A stretch of DNA of 64,000 nt from Minisyncoccota bacterium (GCA_041661005.1 JBAZVG010000001.1:403307-467306), one strand, 5' to 3'; counted from the first letter of the stretch, positions 46,764-56,241 are shown. Numbers and translations: made by a program. The notes: generated by a model not told the origin, from the sequence alone.

Positions 46764-48086
46764 TTATTTCAGTACACTCCTGTCACCACCCCATTCCACG
46801 ACAGTAAAGCCAACACGTGCTGGTGCATGGAATACCTGTGGCGTGACAGATTGTAAAGTATCAAGAGGTTTGAATAACATATAGACGCGAATCACTGTAT
46901 CTGGCGAAGGTTTTATGATCATCGGCACCAACTTGTCATAGTCATTTTTCGGCATGAAGTATACGTATACGTAAGGTTTATCAGTGGTCATTCTGGGTGC
47001 CCAATAGTCTATAAATTCATCATACTCTATTGGTAAGAGTCCTTGTTTGGCAAGAGCTGAAGCCAAGAACATCCTAACGTCTTTGGTCGGTACGACAAAT
47101 CCCTGTGAACGATCTACGATGGGCTTACCAGACTTTCCTTCCCAGAATAAATATGGATATGTCAATCCATCAGTATGATTGATTATGGAGCCATCTGGAT
47201 GAGCTGTGACATTCCAGCCATCGCCATAAGGAGGTATAGACTCATCTATACTCTTCGTGGTGACCTTGACCGACACATCCGTAGTCTCCGTGGGATAAAG
47301 GTAGATGACGGGCTTGCCAGGCTCAAAGCCCGAGAAAGTTTCTCTCTTTGGACCGATACAATAGTACCCTTTTGTTGGCGCGCACAAGAGATGGGAATAA
47401 GAGTTTTCGTAATAATTAGGAGGCCCGACATCATCATCTATTGTTAAAAATTTTCCGGCGATGGCATTTTTCAGAACCGAACTATTTTCGTTTTCAAGGT
47501 GCGCCCTGATGCGGTAGTTTTGGTAAGGAGGATTGTCTTCGGATGACGGCATATAGGCGTATGACCTAGCTGGAAACAAAGGATCCTGTATTTGAGCGGT
47601 ATATGCTTCCGCCATGGAAGGAGGAGAAACAAATGACAATAATCGATCAGAGGTAGTGCGATTCGCAAGAGATTCGGCATGGATCGCGGTTTCTGCTCGC
47701 GCTATATACTTGCCCTGCTCTAGAACTGCGAGTAACCCATCCCAGTTTGTAGCTATGTTGTCAAATACTCCTTGCTCAGAACTCCAATCTGAAATACGAT
47801 GTGAACCGCTATTTATGGGTGTATAAACTCTTGGATACTCTCCATAATCGCTATAATATAATTCAAGCGCGGTTTGAACTGTATTTAGGGTAGAGATTCG
47901 TGAAGAGTCTCTAGCAGTCGACCGGACATTGTTGGTAGCTGAAAGCACTATGGAAGCCATCAACGAAAAAATACTGATCACAACCAAGAGTTCAATAAGT
48001 GTAAACCCGTCTCGCCTTCGGCAAGCCGAGGTGGAACCTTTTTTTTGTGGAATAAGTTTGTTTGTAAAAAAAATCATTTTTTTCAT
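46764..48086 (-). CDS. Type IV pilin-like protein fused to a C-terminal KPVIYLYP domain
   Basis: GFTLIELLVVI; LELYYSDYGEYP; KPVIYLYP...YPYLFWEG...GFTVVEWGG. Confidence 0.8.
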   Translation of the reverse strand: MKKMIFFTNKLIPQKKGSTSACRRRDGFTLIELLVVISIFSLMASIVLSATNNVRSTARDSSRISTLNTVQTALELYYSDYGEYPRVYTPINSGSHRISDWSSEQGVFDNIATNWDGLLAVLEQGKYIARAETAIHAESLANRTTSDRLLSFVSPPSMAEAYTAQIQDPLFPARSYAYMPSSEDNPPYQNYRIRAHLENENSSVLKNAIAGKFLTIDDDVGPPNYYENSYSHLLCAPTKGYYCIGPKRETFSGFEPGKPVIYLYPTETTDVSVKVTTKSIDESIPPYGDGWNVTAHPDGSIINHTDGLTYPYLFWEGKSGKPIVDRSQGFVVPTKDVRMFLASALAKQGLLPIEYDEFIDYWAPRMTTDKPYVYVYFMPKNDYDKLVPMIIKPSPDTVIRVYMLFKPLDTLQSVTPQVFHAPARVGFTVVEWGGDRSVLK

Positions 48087-48306
48087 ACTGAATAAATTAC
48101 GGTTATATTATATCTAAGCCGTAACAATTTGTAATTGCATTAATAAATATAAATTTAAACATACAAAAAAAGAAAAAACGGCATAATGCACCAAATCATG
48201 ATAACGATATTGGTGCCATCTCCTATACCATGCTATTTTTCTCATAAGTAAATCATGCATATATATCAAGAATTATACAACTTATATAAAAATACATAAA
48301 CAAAAG

Positions 48307-48315
48307 TTATCCACA
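48307..48315. promoter_or_regulatory. DnaA box upstream of a pilin promoter
   Basis: Exact TTATCCACA, 29 nt from a minus-strand TATAAT. Confidence 0.55.
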
Positions 48316-48338
48316 AGCAAGAGAAACTGTATTCACTA

Positions 48339-50528
48339 TCACATAGAGAGCAATTCCAAAAATTCTCTTTCATTTACTATTTTTACTCCTAATTTTTCCG
48401 CAGTTTTAAGTTTAGAACCCGGCTCAACTCCAGCGACCACATAAGAAGTATTTTTTGAAACTGAACCCACGACCTTTCCACCCAGAGAAATTATTTTTTC
48501 TTTGGCTATCTCGCGCGACATAAGAGAAAGCGTCCCCGTCAAAACAAAATTAAGTCCTCTTAATTTACCTGTCTTCTTTGCAAGATTCTCTTGCATTTTT
48601 TCTACAACCACACCGTTTCTTTTTAATTTGTCTATAAAATTTATATTATTCTTGTCATGAAAAAAATCAGAAAAGCTCTTTGACACGGCTGGTCCTATAT
48701 TTTCTATGCTATCTACCTCGGATGTTTCAGTTTTCGTGGAGGAGATTAATTTATCTAAAGTTCCGAAATGTTCCGCCAAATCTCGAGCAGTCTCCTCCCC
48801 CACATGCAATATTCCAAGAGCCCAAAGAAATTTTGAAAAAAGAATTTTCTTTTTGTTATTTATTTCTTTTATAATATTCTCCGCTGATTTTTCTCCAAAG
48901 CGCTCTAGGGGCGCGATGTCTTCTTTTAGAAGTGTGAAAATATCCGCCGCGTCAGTGATCAATCCTTCGTCTTTAAAACGTCTTAAAATTTTTGGGCCTA
49001 GTTCGTATATTTCAAACACTGACACAAAATGTTCTAAATATCTTTCATTCTTGGCCGGACACTTAGAATTAGCACAATAATAGGCGACAGAAGGCGAAGC
49101 TGGAGAAAGGTTTTCGAGCTGGTCTGGCCGGGGTTTGGGGCCCCGGGGAACCGAGGACCCGAGAAAATCTTTCTCCAGCTTCGCCCCTATATCTCTCTTC
49201 TCCACTATTCCCCCACAAGCAGGACAACCCGTCGGCATTTTAAATTTTTTCTCTTTGCCGGTGCGCATACGAGTCAACACTTCCACGACTTTTGGAATCA
49301 CGTCGCCAGCTTTTTCTATCACTACAGTATCCCCGATTCGTAGATCAAGACGATCTATTTGATCCATATTGTGCAAGGTGGCTTTTGATACCGTAGAACC
49401 TGCGACGAGCGTCGGTTTAAAAATTGCCAGTGGCGTCAAAACTCCAGTCCTGCCTACATTGACCAAAATTTCTTTTATCACAGTCGTTGCTTTCTCAGCC
49501 GGATATTTGAATGCCACCATATAACGCGGAGCTTTACCGACAACGCCTAAAACCTCTTGCAATTTCAAATCATCCACCGATATTACTATGCCATCCGTGC
49601 CATATGAAAAATCAGATCTTATTTTTTCGAATTTTTTTATAAAATTCGCGACTTCATCCAAATTTTTACATAACGCCTCATTTTGTTCTACTTGAAAACC
49701 TAAATTTTTTAAAAAATTATGCTTGTCTGAATGAAGGCGCAAATTTGGTAAAGAATTCAAGGAGCCGTGGGTCCCCTGTCCTTTGTCTCCGAGGGCGAAG
49801 GCGGGAGAATTCTTTACCAAATTTGCGCCAACCAAATCAACCAAATCATAAGCAAAAAAATCCAGCTTCCTTTCAGCCGCCAATTTAGGATCCAACTGCC
49901 GTAGACTCCCAGCCGCCGCATTTCTGGTATTAGCAAAAAGAGGTTTGCCTTCTTTCTCATTTTTAAGATTCAATTTTGATAAAGTTTTTTTAGAAATCAA
50001 AGCTTCTCCACGAACTTCGAAATACTTTGGAAATGGTTTCTTTAATATTAACGGAATCGAATTTATAGTTTTAAGATTCTCAGTAATGTCTTCACCCACA
50101 AAACCATCTCCCCTTGTGGCGCCACGCACAAATTTTCCATCTTCATAAATTAACGAAACCGCCAGTCCATCGAATTTAACTTCGCAGAAATAACTCACCC
50201 CGTGTGCTTGCAGAGGTAAAAGTTTTTTGATTCTTTTCTCCCAATCCTGAAGCTCCTCGTAAGAAAAAACATCATTCAAAGAAAGCATCCTGCTGTTGTG
50301 CTTCACTTTCACAAATTTATCAAGCGGTTTTCCAGCTACTCTATTCTCCGGCGCATTGACATCGTCAAATTCAGGATGCTCTTCTAGAAGCATTTTAAGC
50401 TCGCGAGTGAGAGAATCATAAACGTCATCAGTAACGTTCGGAGCATTTTCTGTGTGATAGGCATTCCGCAATCGCGCGATTTCGCTTCGCAATTTTTCTA
50501 TTCTCTTTTTTGCTTCAAGCCTGTCCAT
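48339..50528 (-). CDS. ligA: NAD-dependent DNA ligase with two MITE-like in-frame insertions
   Basis: EVKFDG, RGATRGDG, EVRGE, RNAAAGSLRQ, zinc finger, BRCT domain. Confidence 0.97.
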   Translation of the reverse strand: MDRLEAKKRIEKLRSEIARLRNAYHTENAPNVTDDVYDSLTRELKMLLEEHPEFDDVNAPENRVAGKPLDKFVKVKHNSRMLSLNDVFSYEELQDWEKRIKKLLPLQAHGVSYFCEVKFDGLAVSLIYEDGKFVRGATRGDGFVGEDITENLKTINSIPLILKKPFPKYFEVRGEALISKKTLSKLNLKNEKEGKPLFANTRNAAAGSLRQLDPKLAAERKLDFFAYDLVDLVGANLVKNSPAFALGDKGQGTHGSLNSLPNLRLHSDKHNFLKNLGFQVEQNEALCKNLDEVANFIKKFEKIRSDFSYGTDGIVISVDDLKLQEVLGVVGKAPRYMVAFKYPAEKATTVIKEILVNVGRTGVLTPLAIFKPTLVAGSTVSKATLHNMDQIDRLDLRIGDTVVIEKAGDVIPKVVEVLTRMRTGKEKKFKMPTGCPACGGIVEKRDIGAKLEKDFLGSSVPRGPKPRPDQLENLSPASPSVAYYCANSKCPAKNERYLEHFVSVFEIYELGPKILRRFKDEGLITDAADIFTLLKEDIAPLERFGEKSAENIIKEINNKKKILFSKFLWALGILHVGEETARDLAEHFGTLDKLISSTKTETSEVDSIENIGPAVSKSFSDFFHDKNNINFIDKLKRNGVVVEKMQENLAKKTGKLRGLNFVLTGTLSLMSREIAKEKIISLGGKVVGSVSKNTSYVVAGVEPGSKLKTAEKLGVKIVNEREFLELLSM
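49093..49185. mobile_element. 93-bp MITE-like element with 23-bp TIRs inside ligA
   Basis: ggcgaagctggagaaaggttttc ... gaaaatctttctccagcttcgcc (1 mismatch). Confidence 0.85.
49736..49829. mobile_element. 94-bp MITE-like element with perfect 23-bp TIRs inside ligA
   Basis: ggcgcaaatttggtaaagaattc ... gaattctttaccaaatttgcgcc, with aa on both flanks. Confidence 0.85.
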
Positions 50529-50536
50529 ACTAGAAA

Positions 50537-50944
50537 TTAACGCGGTATTTTTACTTGGAGTTCGCGCTGAACACTTTTAGAATTACAATTGTTATATCCT
50601 TTTGAAATAATAACGTCATTGTCTGGATCGTTAGAAATTCTTTTATCCACTGTTACTATGGCGCAACTCTGTCCTAGGCTACCCAATCCAACTATATCAG
50701 GAATAGTAGTAAAAGAATCGGGTGACAGACTGTCATAATTATACAACGCATATTCAGCTCCCGTATCTGCCGCAAAGAAAGCATCATTTGTATCGCGAGC
50801 ATTGGTGCTGAATTTTACTTCTCTAAAAGCAATATTAGCAACACCTATTGCTATAGTTAAAAGAATAGCAGAAAGTGTAACAGCAAAAAGCATGACGAAT
50901 CCCCTATTGCTTTGTAAGTTTTTTATCATCATATTTCTATCCAA
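50537..50944 (-). CDS. PilX-like minor pilin
   Basis: RGFVMLFAV (no Glu5); AFFAADTGAEYA. Confidence 0.75.
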   Translation of the reverse strand: MDRNMMIKNLQSNRGFVMLFAVTLSAILLTIAIGVANIAFREVKFSTNARDTNDAFFAADTGAEYALYNYDSLSPDSFTTIPDIVGLGSLGQSCAIVTVDKRISNDPDNDVIISKGYNNCNSKSVQRELQVKIPR

Positions 50945-51579
50945 TTAAATAAATTCTCCGAAAAGGTAACATTGTAACCTCCTGAACCCTGAGTCCATTC
51001 AACTCTTGAAAAAATTTTTACTTCATCGGTATTCCCTGCGCCTATAGGGACCATCCAGATTTTACGGATAAAACCGGAATCAACGACACTCACCGTTGTG
51101 CTATAATTTCCATTGTCTAGATATAGTCTGCAATCACTGGGATTGGTACATACAGTAACACCAAAAGGAGGCTCATCAAGACCACATGGATTATTGTCCT
51201 CATCTGGATCATTACACGATGACAATTGTGCCTTAAAACTACCCTCCCATGGATTGCCGTTTCCATACAACACAGCAGTGTCTCGCATATTTCTAATATA
51301 TTCTATGCCCTCTTGCGCCAGATACGTGGCTATCATTTTCTGTTTGGCGTAGTTGGTATTGGCAATACCAGATGCTAAGACAGACATTATCCCGATTAAA
51401 GATACAGTAAAAATCGAAATCGCCACAAGCACTTCCACTAGGGTAAACCCAGTAGTGAATTTTGGCGAAGCACTTTTAGTGCGCGATGAAATCGCATCGC
51501 CAAAATCTACTAACTGGGTGAACCCGCCCTGATTTAACTTATTGGATTTTCTAAAAAGAAATTTCAAAATTTTCTCCAT
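50929..51579 (-). CDS. PilV-like minor pilin
   Basis: GFTLVEVLVAI; ATYLAQEGIEYIRN. Confidence 0.8.
   Translation of the reverse strand: MEKILKFLFRKSNKLNQGGFTQLVDFGDAISSRTKSASPKFTTGFTLVEVLVAISIFTVSLIGIMSVLASGIANTNYAKQKMIATYLAQEGIEYIRNMRDTAVLYGNGNPWEGSFKAQLSSCNDPDEDNNPCGLDEPPFGVTVCTNPSDCRLYLDNGNYSTTVSVVDSGFIRKIWMVPIGAGNTDEVKIFSRVEWTQGSGGYNVTFSENLFNWIEI
51441..51525. mobile_element. Palindromic insertion duplicating the pilin GFT codons
   Basis: gggtaaaccc ... gggtgaaccc direct repeat (75-bp period) around a long imperfect hairpin. Confidence 0.75.
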
Positions 51580-51580
51580 G

Positions 51581-52174
51581 TTAAATATCTATATTTCTCT
51601 GCGACACTGAAGTCTGTAAAGAGAAAGGCGTGACAACATTTTTAATATTTATCTCACCCACAAGCCGAATGGTAACAAAAGGTTGCTGTTCATTAGGTGG
51701 TGGTTCTGCGCCTATTACTGTAAAACTAGAAGCTGAAGAAATGGTAACTTCGCTCGGAACCAATTGAATAAGATCCGATCCATCGACTGATTTACATATT
51801 CCGTTCGTGTTATCACCACAATCTCCTATAAAATATATCCAACGACTTACAGGGTCACTAGTAGAGTCAAAAGAAATACCTCCTCCTCCATTCTCGCAAC
51901 TGTAAACACTGACATCTCCGAATAAATCATCATCATTCGTACTATCTATGCAATGATAATTATATCCCGTCCTCAGGCTCCTAGACATATCTTCCATAAT
52001 GAAACTTAGATTATCCAAGATAGAACGCATGTTGTTAGACTTTTGATGAAGCCGATGAGCATTCAAAAGCGCGCCCATGCCCACCATGATGATAATCAAA
52101 AAAATGGAAACAGAAATCATTGTTTCTATAATTGTAAACCCGGTAGTTGATTTTAGTTTTTTATTTTTCTTCAT
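51581..52174 (-). CDS. PilW-like minor pilin
   Basis: GFTIIETMISV; C-terminal LQTSVSQR. Confidence 0.8.
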   Translation of the reverse strand: MKKNKKLKSTTGFTIIETMISVSIFLIIIMVGMGALLNAHRLHQKSNNMRSILDNLSFIMEDMSRSLRTGYNYHCIDSTNDDDLFGDVSVYSCENGGGGISFDSTSDPVSRWIYFIGDCGDNTNGICKSVDGSDLIQLVPSEVTISSASSFTVIGAEPPPNEQQPFVTIRLVGEINIKNVVTPFSLQTSVSQRNIDI

Positions 52175-52176
52175 AA

Positions 52177-52210
52177 CCTGTCCCGTAGTGAGCTTTGCTC
52201 TACTACTGGG
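52177..52210. repeat. Intergenic GTAG-containing palindrome (family D)
   Basis: Reverse complement cccagtagtagagc-aaa-gctcactacgggacagg. Confidence 0.7.
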
Positions 52211-52211
52211 A

Positions 52212-52859
52212 TTAATTTACCTGTATCCTTCCTGAAGGATATATTTTTATTTTGGCACTTGCCTCTTTAGGCGACTTGATAGTTATTTGGACATAACTAA
52301 AATTATATGCCGTTGGGTCTGGGCCTCGTACTTCATTCTCTAAGTAGAAAACTGCACCAGAATTCGGCCTTTTGAAAGTGATGGAGTAATTGCCAAAAAG
52401 ATTAAAAGAATTAGTATCAATGCAATCGCCACGGCATTCCTCTATTTGATATATATAATTATTTTTTGTAATACTAAAAGGGTCGCCTAACATTTCACCG
52501 TCGTCGTAAATACCAGAGTTATTAAAATCAGCAAAATAAATAAAGTTTGTTGTATGAGTGGGATTTGCAAGATTAAAATAAACCCCATAAGAAGGTTTAC
52601 AGCCATCACAAAAAGTGCTTGTTGACGGTAAATTGCCCGACATAGCTGACTTCTGCGCTTCGACGATTTTTGAAGCGATATCACTGGCTAGATTCTTTAT
52701 GTCCACTTTTGCCTGAAACTCTCCGTAGCTAAACATGACAATGGCAGACATCACAGCAAAAATGCCCAGAACTACGATAAGCTCCACATAAGTCATACCA
52801 CGGCGAAAATCGCCAATTTTTAATTTACAATTTCTAATTTTTAATATATTATTTTTCAT
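52212..52859 (-). CDS. FimT/FimU-like minor pilin
   Basis: GMTYVELIVV; C-terminal IYPSGRI. Confidence 0.8.
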   Translation of the reverse strand: MKNNILKIRNCKLKIGDFRRGMTYVELIVVLGIFAVMSAIVMFSYGEFQAKVDIKNLASDIASKIVEAQKSAMSGNLPSTSTFCDGCKPSYGVYFNLANPTHTTNFIYFADFNNSGIYDDGEMLGDPFSITKNNYIYQIEECRGDCIDTNSFNLFGNYSITFKRPNSGAVFYLENEVRGPDPTAYNFSYVQITIKSPKEASAKIKIYPSGRIQVN

Positions 52860-52861
52860 CC

Positions 52862-53734
52862 CTAAAAATTAAAAAGATTTAATTCAAAAATAAATGCCAA
52901 AAATGTTCCTAGAACCAAAAATGGAGCAAATGGAATTTCGCTTTTCATCCCCATACTGTTTATTCTACCATTTTTTGCCAGCCTCGCCGAGTCTAGGCGG
53001 GCCAGCCTCGCCGAGTCTAGGCGGGAAAGAACTACAAGCGTCACCCCGACGACAGCTCCAGACCAGAAAGCCATCACCAAACCAGATAGAGCAACAGAAA
53101 TACCGAGCAACCATCCGATGCCTAGAGAGAGCTTTGCATCCCCCAGCCCCATCCACCTGCCACGAGATATAAACCAAAAGAAAGCAAACGGGAATGCTAT
53201 GAACACACCAGAAAGAAATTCCCAAACAGTCGGGATTTGAAAATATAAAACGATAGGATTGGAAGAATCTAAAAAATTATTATGGAAAAAAAATAAACCC
53301 AGAAATGCCAGAACGCCGAAAATAAGAGAAAGCATGTCCGGAATTATTTTATGTTTCAGATCATAAGTCGCTATGACCACAAGCAGTGAAAACGCAGTTG
53401 CATAGTAAACATAAATGATGCCGAAAGATTGAATGTCTGCCAGAAAAATATCCTGGAATTTCAAAAACAGCAAAGCGAAAACGAGGCCTGTTGTAAATTC
53501 AACCAAAGGATATTGCATGGAAATTTTGGTTTTACAATTCCGGCACCTCCCCCCGAGCCATAGAAAGCTAACGACAGGTATGAGATCATACCAATGGAGT
53601 TTATTTTGGCAAGACATGCAGGCGCTCCGCCCGCCGAGAGATCTTTTTGTGTTGAGTCGATAAATTACAACATTCAAAAAACTGCCAATAGTGAGACCGA
53701 GAACAAAGAAAAAAAACCCAAGTAATAAAATCAT
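52862..53734 (-). CDS. pilD: Prepilin peptidase
   Basis: GSFLNVVIYR, two CxxC pairs, MGLGDAKL, IPFAPFL. Confidence 0.95.
   Translation of the reverse strand: MILLLGFFFFVLGLTIGSFLNVVIYRLNTKRSLGGRSACMSCQNKLHWYDLIPVVSFLWLGGRCRNCKTKISMQYPLVEFTTGLVFALLFLKFQDIFLADIQSFGIIYVYYATAFSLLVVIATYDLKHKIIPDMLSLIFGVLAFLGLFFFHNNFLDSSNPIVLYFQIPTVWEFLSGVFIAFPFAFFWFISRGRWMGLGDAKLSLGIGWLLGISVALSGLVMAFWSGAVVGVTLVVLSRLDSARLARLDSARLAKNGRINSMGMKSEIPFAPFLVLGTFLAFIFELNLFNF
52978..53025 (-). repeat. Exact tandem duplication of the 24-bp family B element inside pilD
   Basis: (ccagcctcgccgagtctaggcggg) x2, encoding RLDSARLA RLDSARLA. Confidence 0.9.
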
Positions 53735-53763
53735 ATGCTCTTACTATTATAGCATAAACAAAA

Positions 53764-54768
53764 TTACCTCACTATCTTAAACTCATCTTTTACGCCTGAA
53801 AGAGAATAAAACATACCCCTGAGACTTTTTTCTGTTACCTCTACCCTCAAAAACCCGTATATATCACCCTCAAGCGAAGCAAAATATGGAACTTCTGGAT
53901 CATTAAAATCAATTTTGCGGGATGGAGCGCCACCTGTACCCACTATCGTGATTATTCCTCCGTTCCCTTGCTTGTAATCCTCCGGAGATGTATCTTCTCC
54001 TAAACAAGCTGGGTCGAACATGTTTAATTTTACACAAACGAGCTGTTTCGTTCGCTGATAACTATGCTCATGACCTTGCATAATCAGATCGACATTGTGC
54101 GCTAAAAGATAATTTATAAGCTCTTCCCCTATTTCACAACCATGTATACCTCCCGCTGATATACAGATTTTGTGCATGCCAACAATCGTCCAAGGAATTT
54201 CTTTTTGATGACCTTCATCGATAACCTTTTTTAACCACTCCATGTGCTTACTTCCTGTACTATAAACAAAAGTCTGTCCGTCGCTAAAATGCAAGTTTGG
54301 AGAAATCAAAATGAAACGAATTAAAGGTTTTTCTTCCGGATAGTCAAAATAATATTCCTTTCCATATTCCCCTTTAATGCCCGCTGTCACATTTGGTAAA
54401 CAAGATATGAATTTTTCTATTGAGCCATTTTGCCCATCACTTTCATGGTTGCCAGCAAGAAGTTCAATAGGCACACTAGGCAAGTATTTTTTCATCATAT
54501 TACACCATTCTGTTTCTGGTTTCACTTCATCATAACTTAAATCTCCAAGTACAAAATGCAGATCAGGCATTTCTTTTGCAATATTTTTTAGATTTTTAAC
54601 AGTAAATGAGTTAACACCATAATCTCCGGCTGATGTAAAAATAAAACTTGGCCCAGTCTGTTTATCCACCCTCTCTGTCCTCGAAATAAAAATTGAGATA
54701 CCAAGAACAAGCAAAAGAATAATCAATACTATCAGCCGAATATATCTCTTATCGAATATCTTTGTCAT
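53764..54768 (-). CDS. Secreted or anchored calcineurin-like metallophosphoesterase
   Basis: GDYG, GDLSY, GNHE, GHEHSYQR; start moved to the ATG at 54768. Confidence 0.85.
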   Translation of the reverse strand: MTKIFDKRYIRLIVLIILLLVLGISIFISRTERVDKQTGPSFIFTSAGDYGVNSFTVKNLKNIAKEMPDLHFVLGDLSYDEVKPETEWCNMMKKYLPSVPIELLAGNHESDGQNGSIEKFISCLPNVTAGIKGEYGKEYYFDYPEEKPLIRFILISPNLHFSDGQTFVYSTGSKHMEWLKKVIDEGHQKEIPWTIVGMHKICISAGGIHGCEIGEELINYLLAHNVDLIMQGHEHSYQRTKQLVCVKLNMFDPACLGEDTSPEDYKQGNGGIITIVGTGGAPSRKIDFNDPEVPYFASLEGDIYGFLRVEVTEKSLRGMFYSLSGVKDEFKIVR

Positions 54769-54793
54769 GTATGTTATATTATAATCAAAATAA

Positions 54794-56194
54794 ATGGAAA
54801 AAACTAACGAAAAAATAACTACTGTGTGTATACCGACCTGCAACAGGCCAGAATTTTTGCATAGAGCCCTCATTGGTCTTGTAGAAAACCTGAAAAAATA
54901 TGGCCGTGCTCCGCGCATCTTGGTTATAGATGATTCCGAGGAACCACAAAATGCTCAAAAAACAAGAGAAATTTGTAGCTCACATGGGGCTAATTATCAG
55001 GGAAAAATTGAGTGCATGGATAGAAATGATCGCGCAGAGATGGCAAAAATACTCGCAAAAGAAAAAGGGGTGTCTCTCGAGGTTCTTAATTTTGCTTTAT
55101 GCGGGGATAAACTATCTACAACAACAGCAGGAGCAGTCCGAAACACCTTCCTATTAAAAACACGAGGTGAAAAAATACTTATAGTGGATGATGATGTGGT
55201 TTATAATTTTTTTTCTCCAATTTTTGAAGAACCGCCACTTTTTAGTATCGAAAATCCCCTTGAATATTGGTTCCTAGAGGGTGATGAAACACCACCAACT
55301 TCTTTATTTAAACCTGTTGAGGTTGATTTGCTAGATATCCATGAAAGTATGCTTGGTAAAAAAGCTGGTGAGATACTAGGTCAAAATATTCCAGATGATA
55401 TGAAAGGTATGGAAATAATGGACACATATATGGGAGCCTATGGGGATTCTCCCATGGAATCACATATCCCCCTACTCCTTTTACCTCAAGTCTATGAGAA
55501 ATTTAAAAACATTTCTCCAATCCAATATAAAGCAATTAAGGGAACTAGAAAAATCATTCAAGTTCCTTTTTCTACGACGGTTTATCAAGGACCTATCTGC
55601 ACTTCAATGGTTGTGGGAATAGATAATCGTCAACTTCCTCCACCATTCATACCGATAGGCAGAGCACAAGATCTCGTATTTGGAACTACACGATGGACTG
55701 CTTTTCCTTCAAAACTTTCTGTATATCTTCCCATTCTCATAGGACACGAGAGACCTGATAAAAAAATCCAGTCTGCAGTATACAACAGTGTACATGAGGT
55801 AACAAAAATAAACAGAATTATAGCTAACTTCATAGAAGAGGAAATAAACAATGTTAATATAAACTCAAGTGAGAATTTACAGATAATTGGAAATAAATTT
55901 ATCAACATCGCTCAAAAATCAGAGTCCGAGTTCTCGCTCTTTATGGAAACTCAATGTCAAAAAATCACCAAAATAGTAACAGATCATGTAAATAACATAC
56001 TTAAAAATAGTCCTGAGATGCCTGATTTTTGGATAAGCGATATGAATTCTATGATAAGCGAACTTGAATTTTCAGATCCTAAATTTTTTATGGACAATAT
56101 AACAAAAAGTCCTAATAAAAATAGACTGACAATCCTTCAAAAATGGATGGGGTTATATGGCCAATTGCTACAAGTCTGGTATAAGTTGTTATAG
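54794..56194 (+). CDS. GT-A fold glycosyltransferase-like protein
   Basis: CIPTCNRP, VIDDS, GAVRN, IVDDD. Confidence 0.65.
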   Translation: MEKTNEKITTVCIPTCNRPEFLHRALIGLVENLKKYGRAPRILVIDDSEEPQNAQKTREICSSHGANYQGKIECMDRNDRAEMAKILAKEKGVSLEVLNFALCGDKLSTTTAGAVRNTFLLKTRGEKILIVDDDVVYNFFSPIFEEPPLFSIENPLEYWFLEGDETPPTSLFKPVEVDLLDIHESMLGKKAGEILGQNIPDDMKGMEIMDTYMGAYGDSPMESHIPLLLLPQVYEKFKNISPIQYKAIKGTRKIIQVPFSTTVYQGPICTSMVVGIDNRQLPPPFIPIGRAQDLVFGTTRWTAFPSKLSVYLPILIGHERPDKKIQSAVYNSVHEVTKINRIIANFIEEEINNVNINSSENLQIIGNKFINIAQKSESEFSLFMETQCQKITKIVTDHVNNILKNSPEMPDFWISDMNSMISELEFSDPKFFMDNITKSPNKNRLTILQKWMGLYGQLLQVWYKLL

Positions 56195-56207
56195 AGGTTT
56201 CTCAATG

Positions 56208-56241
56208 ACAAAAAAACCATCGTCGAAGATGGTTTTTTTGT
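56208..56241. terminator. Bidirectional terminator between convergent genes
   Basis: acaaaaaaaccatc-gtcgaa-gatggtttttttgt. Confidence 0.8.

Noticed and set aside
48087-48338. Replication origin (AT-rich gap with a DnaA box)
   Set aside because: I saw only one clear box and no dnaA/dnaN nearby; it is better explained as a promoter region.
46700-48340. Integrative element at tRNA-Ser
   Set aside because: No integrase is present and I found no duplicated tRNA 3' end (att site); only the single pilin-fusion gene is suggestive.
54769-54918. N-terminal extension of the metallophosphoesterase
   Set aside because: It overlaps the divergent gene at 54794; the ATG at 54768 gives a normal signal anchor.
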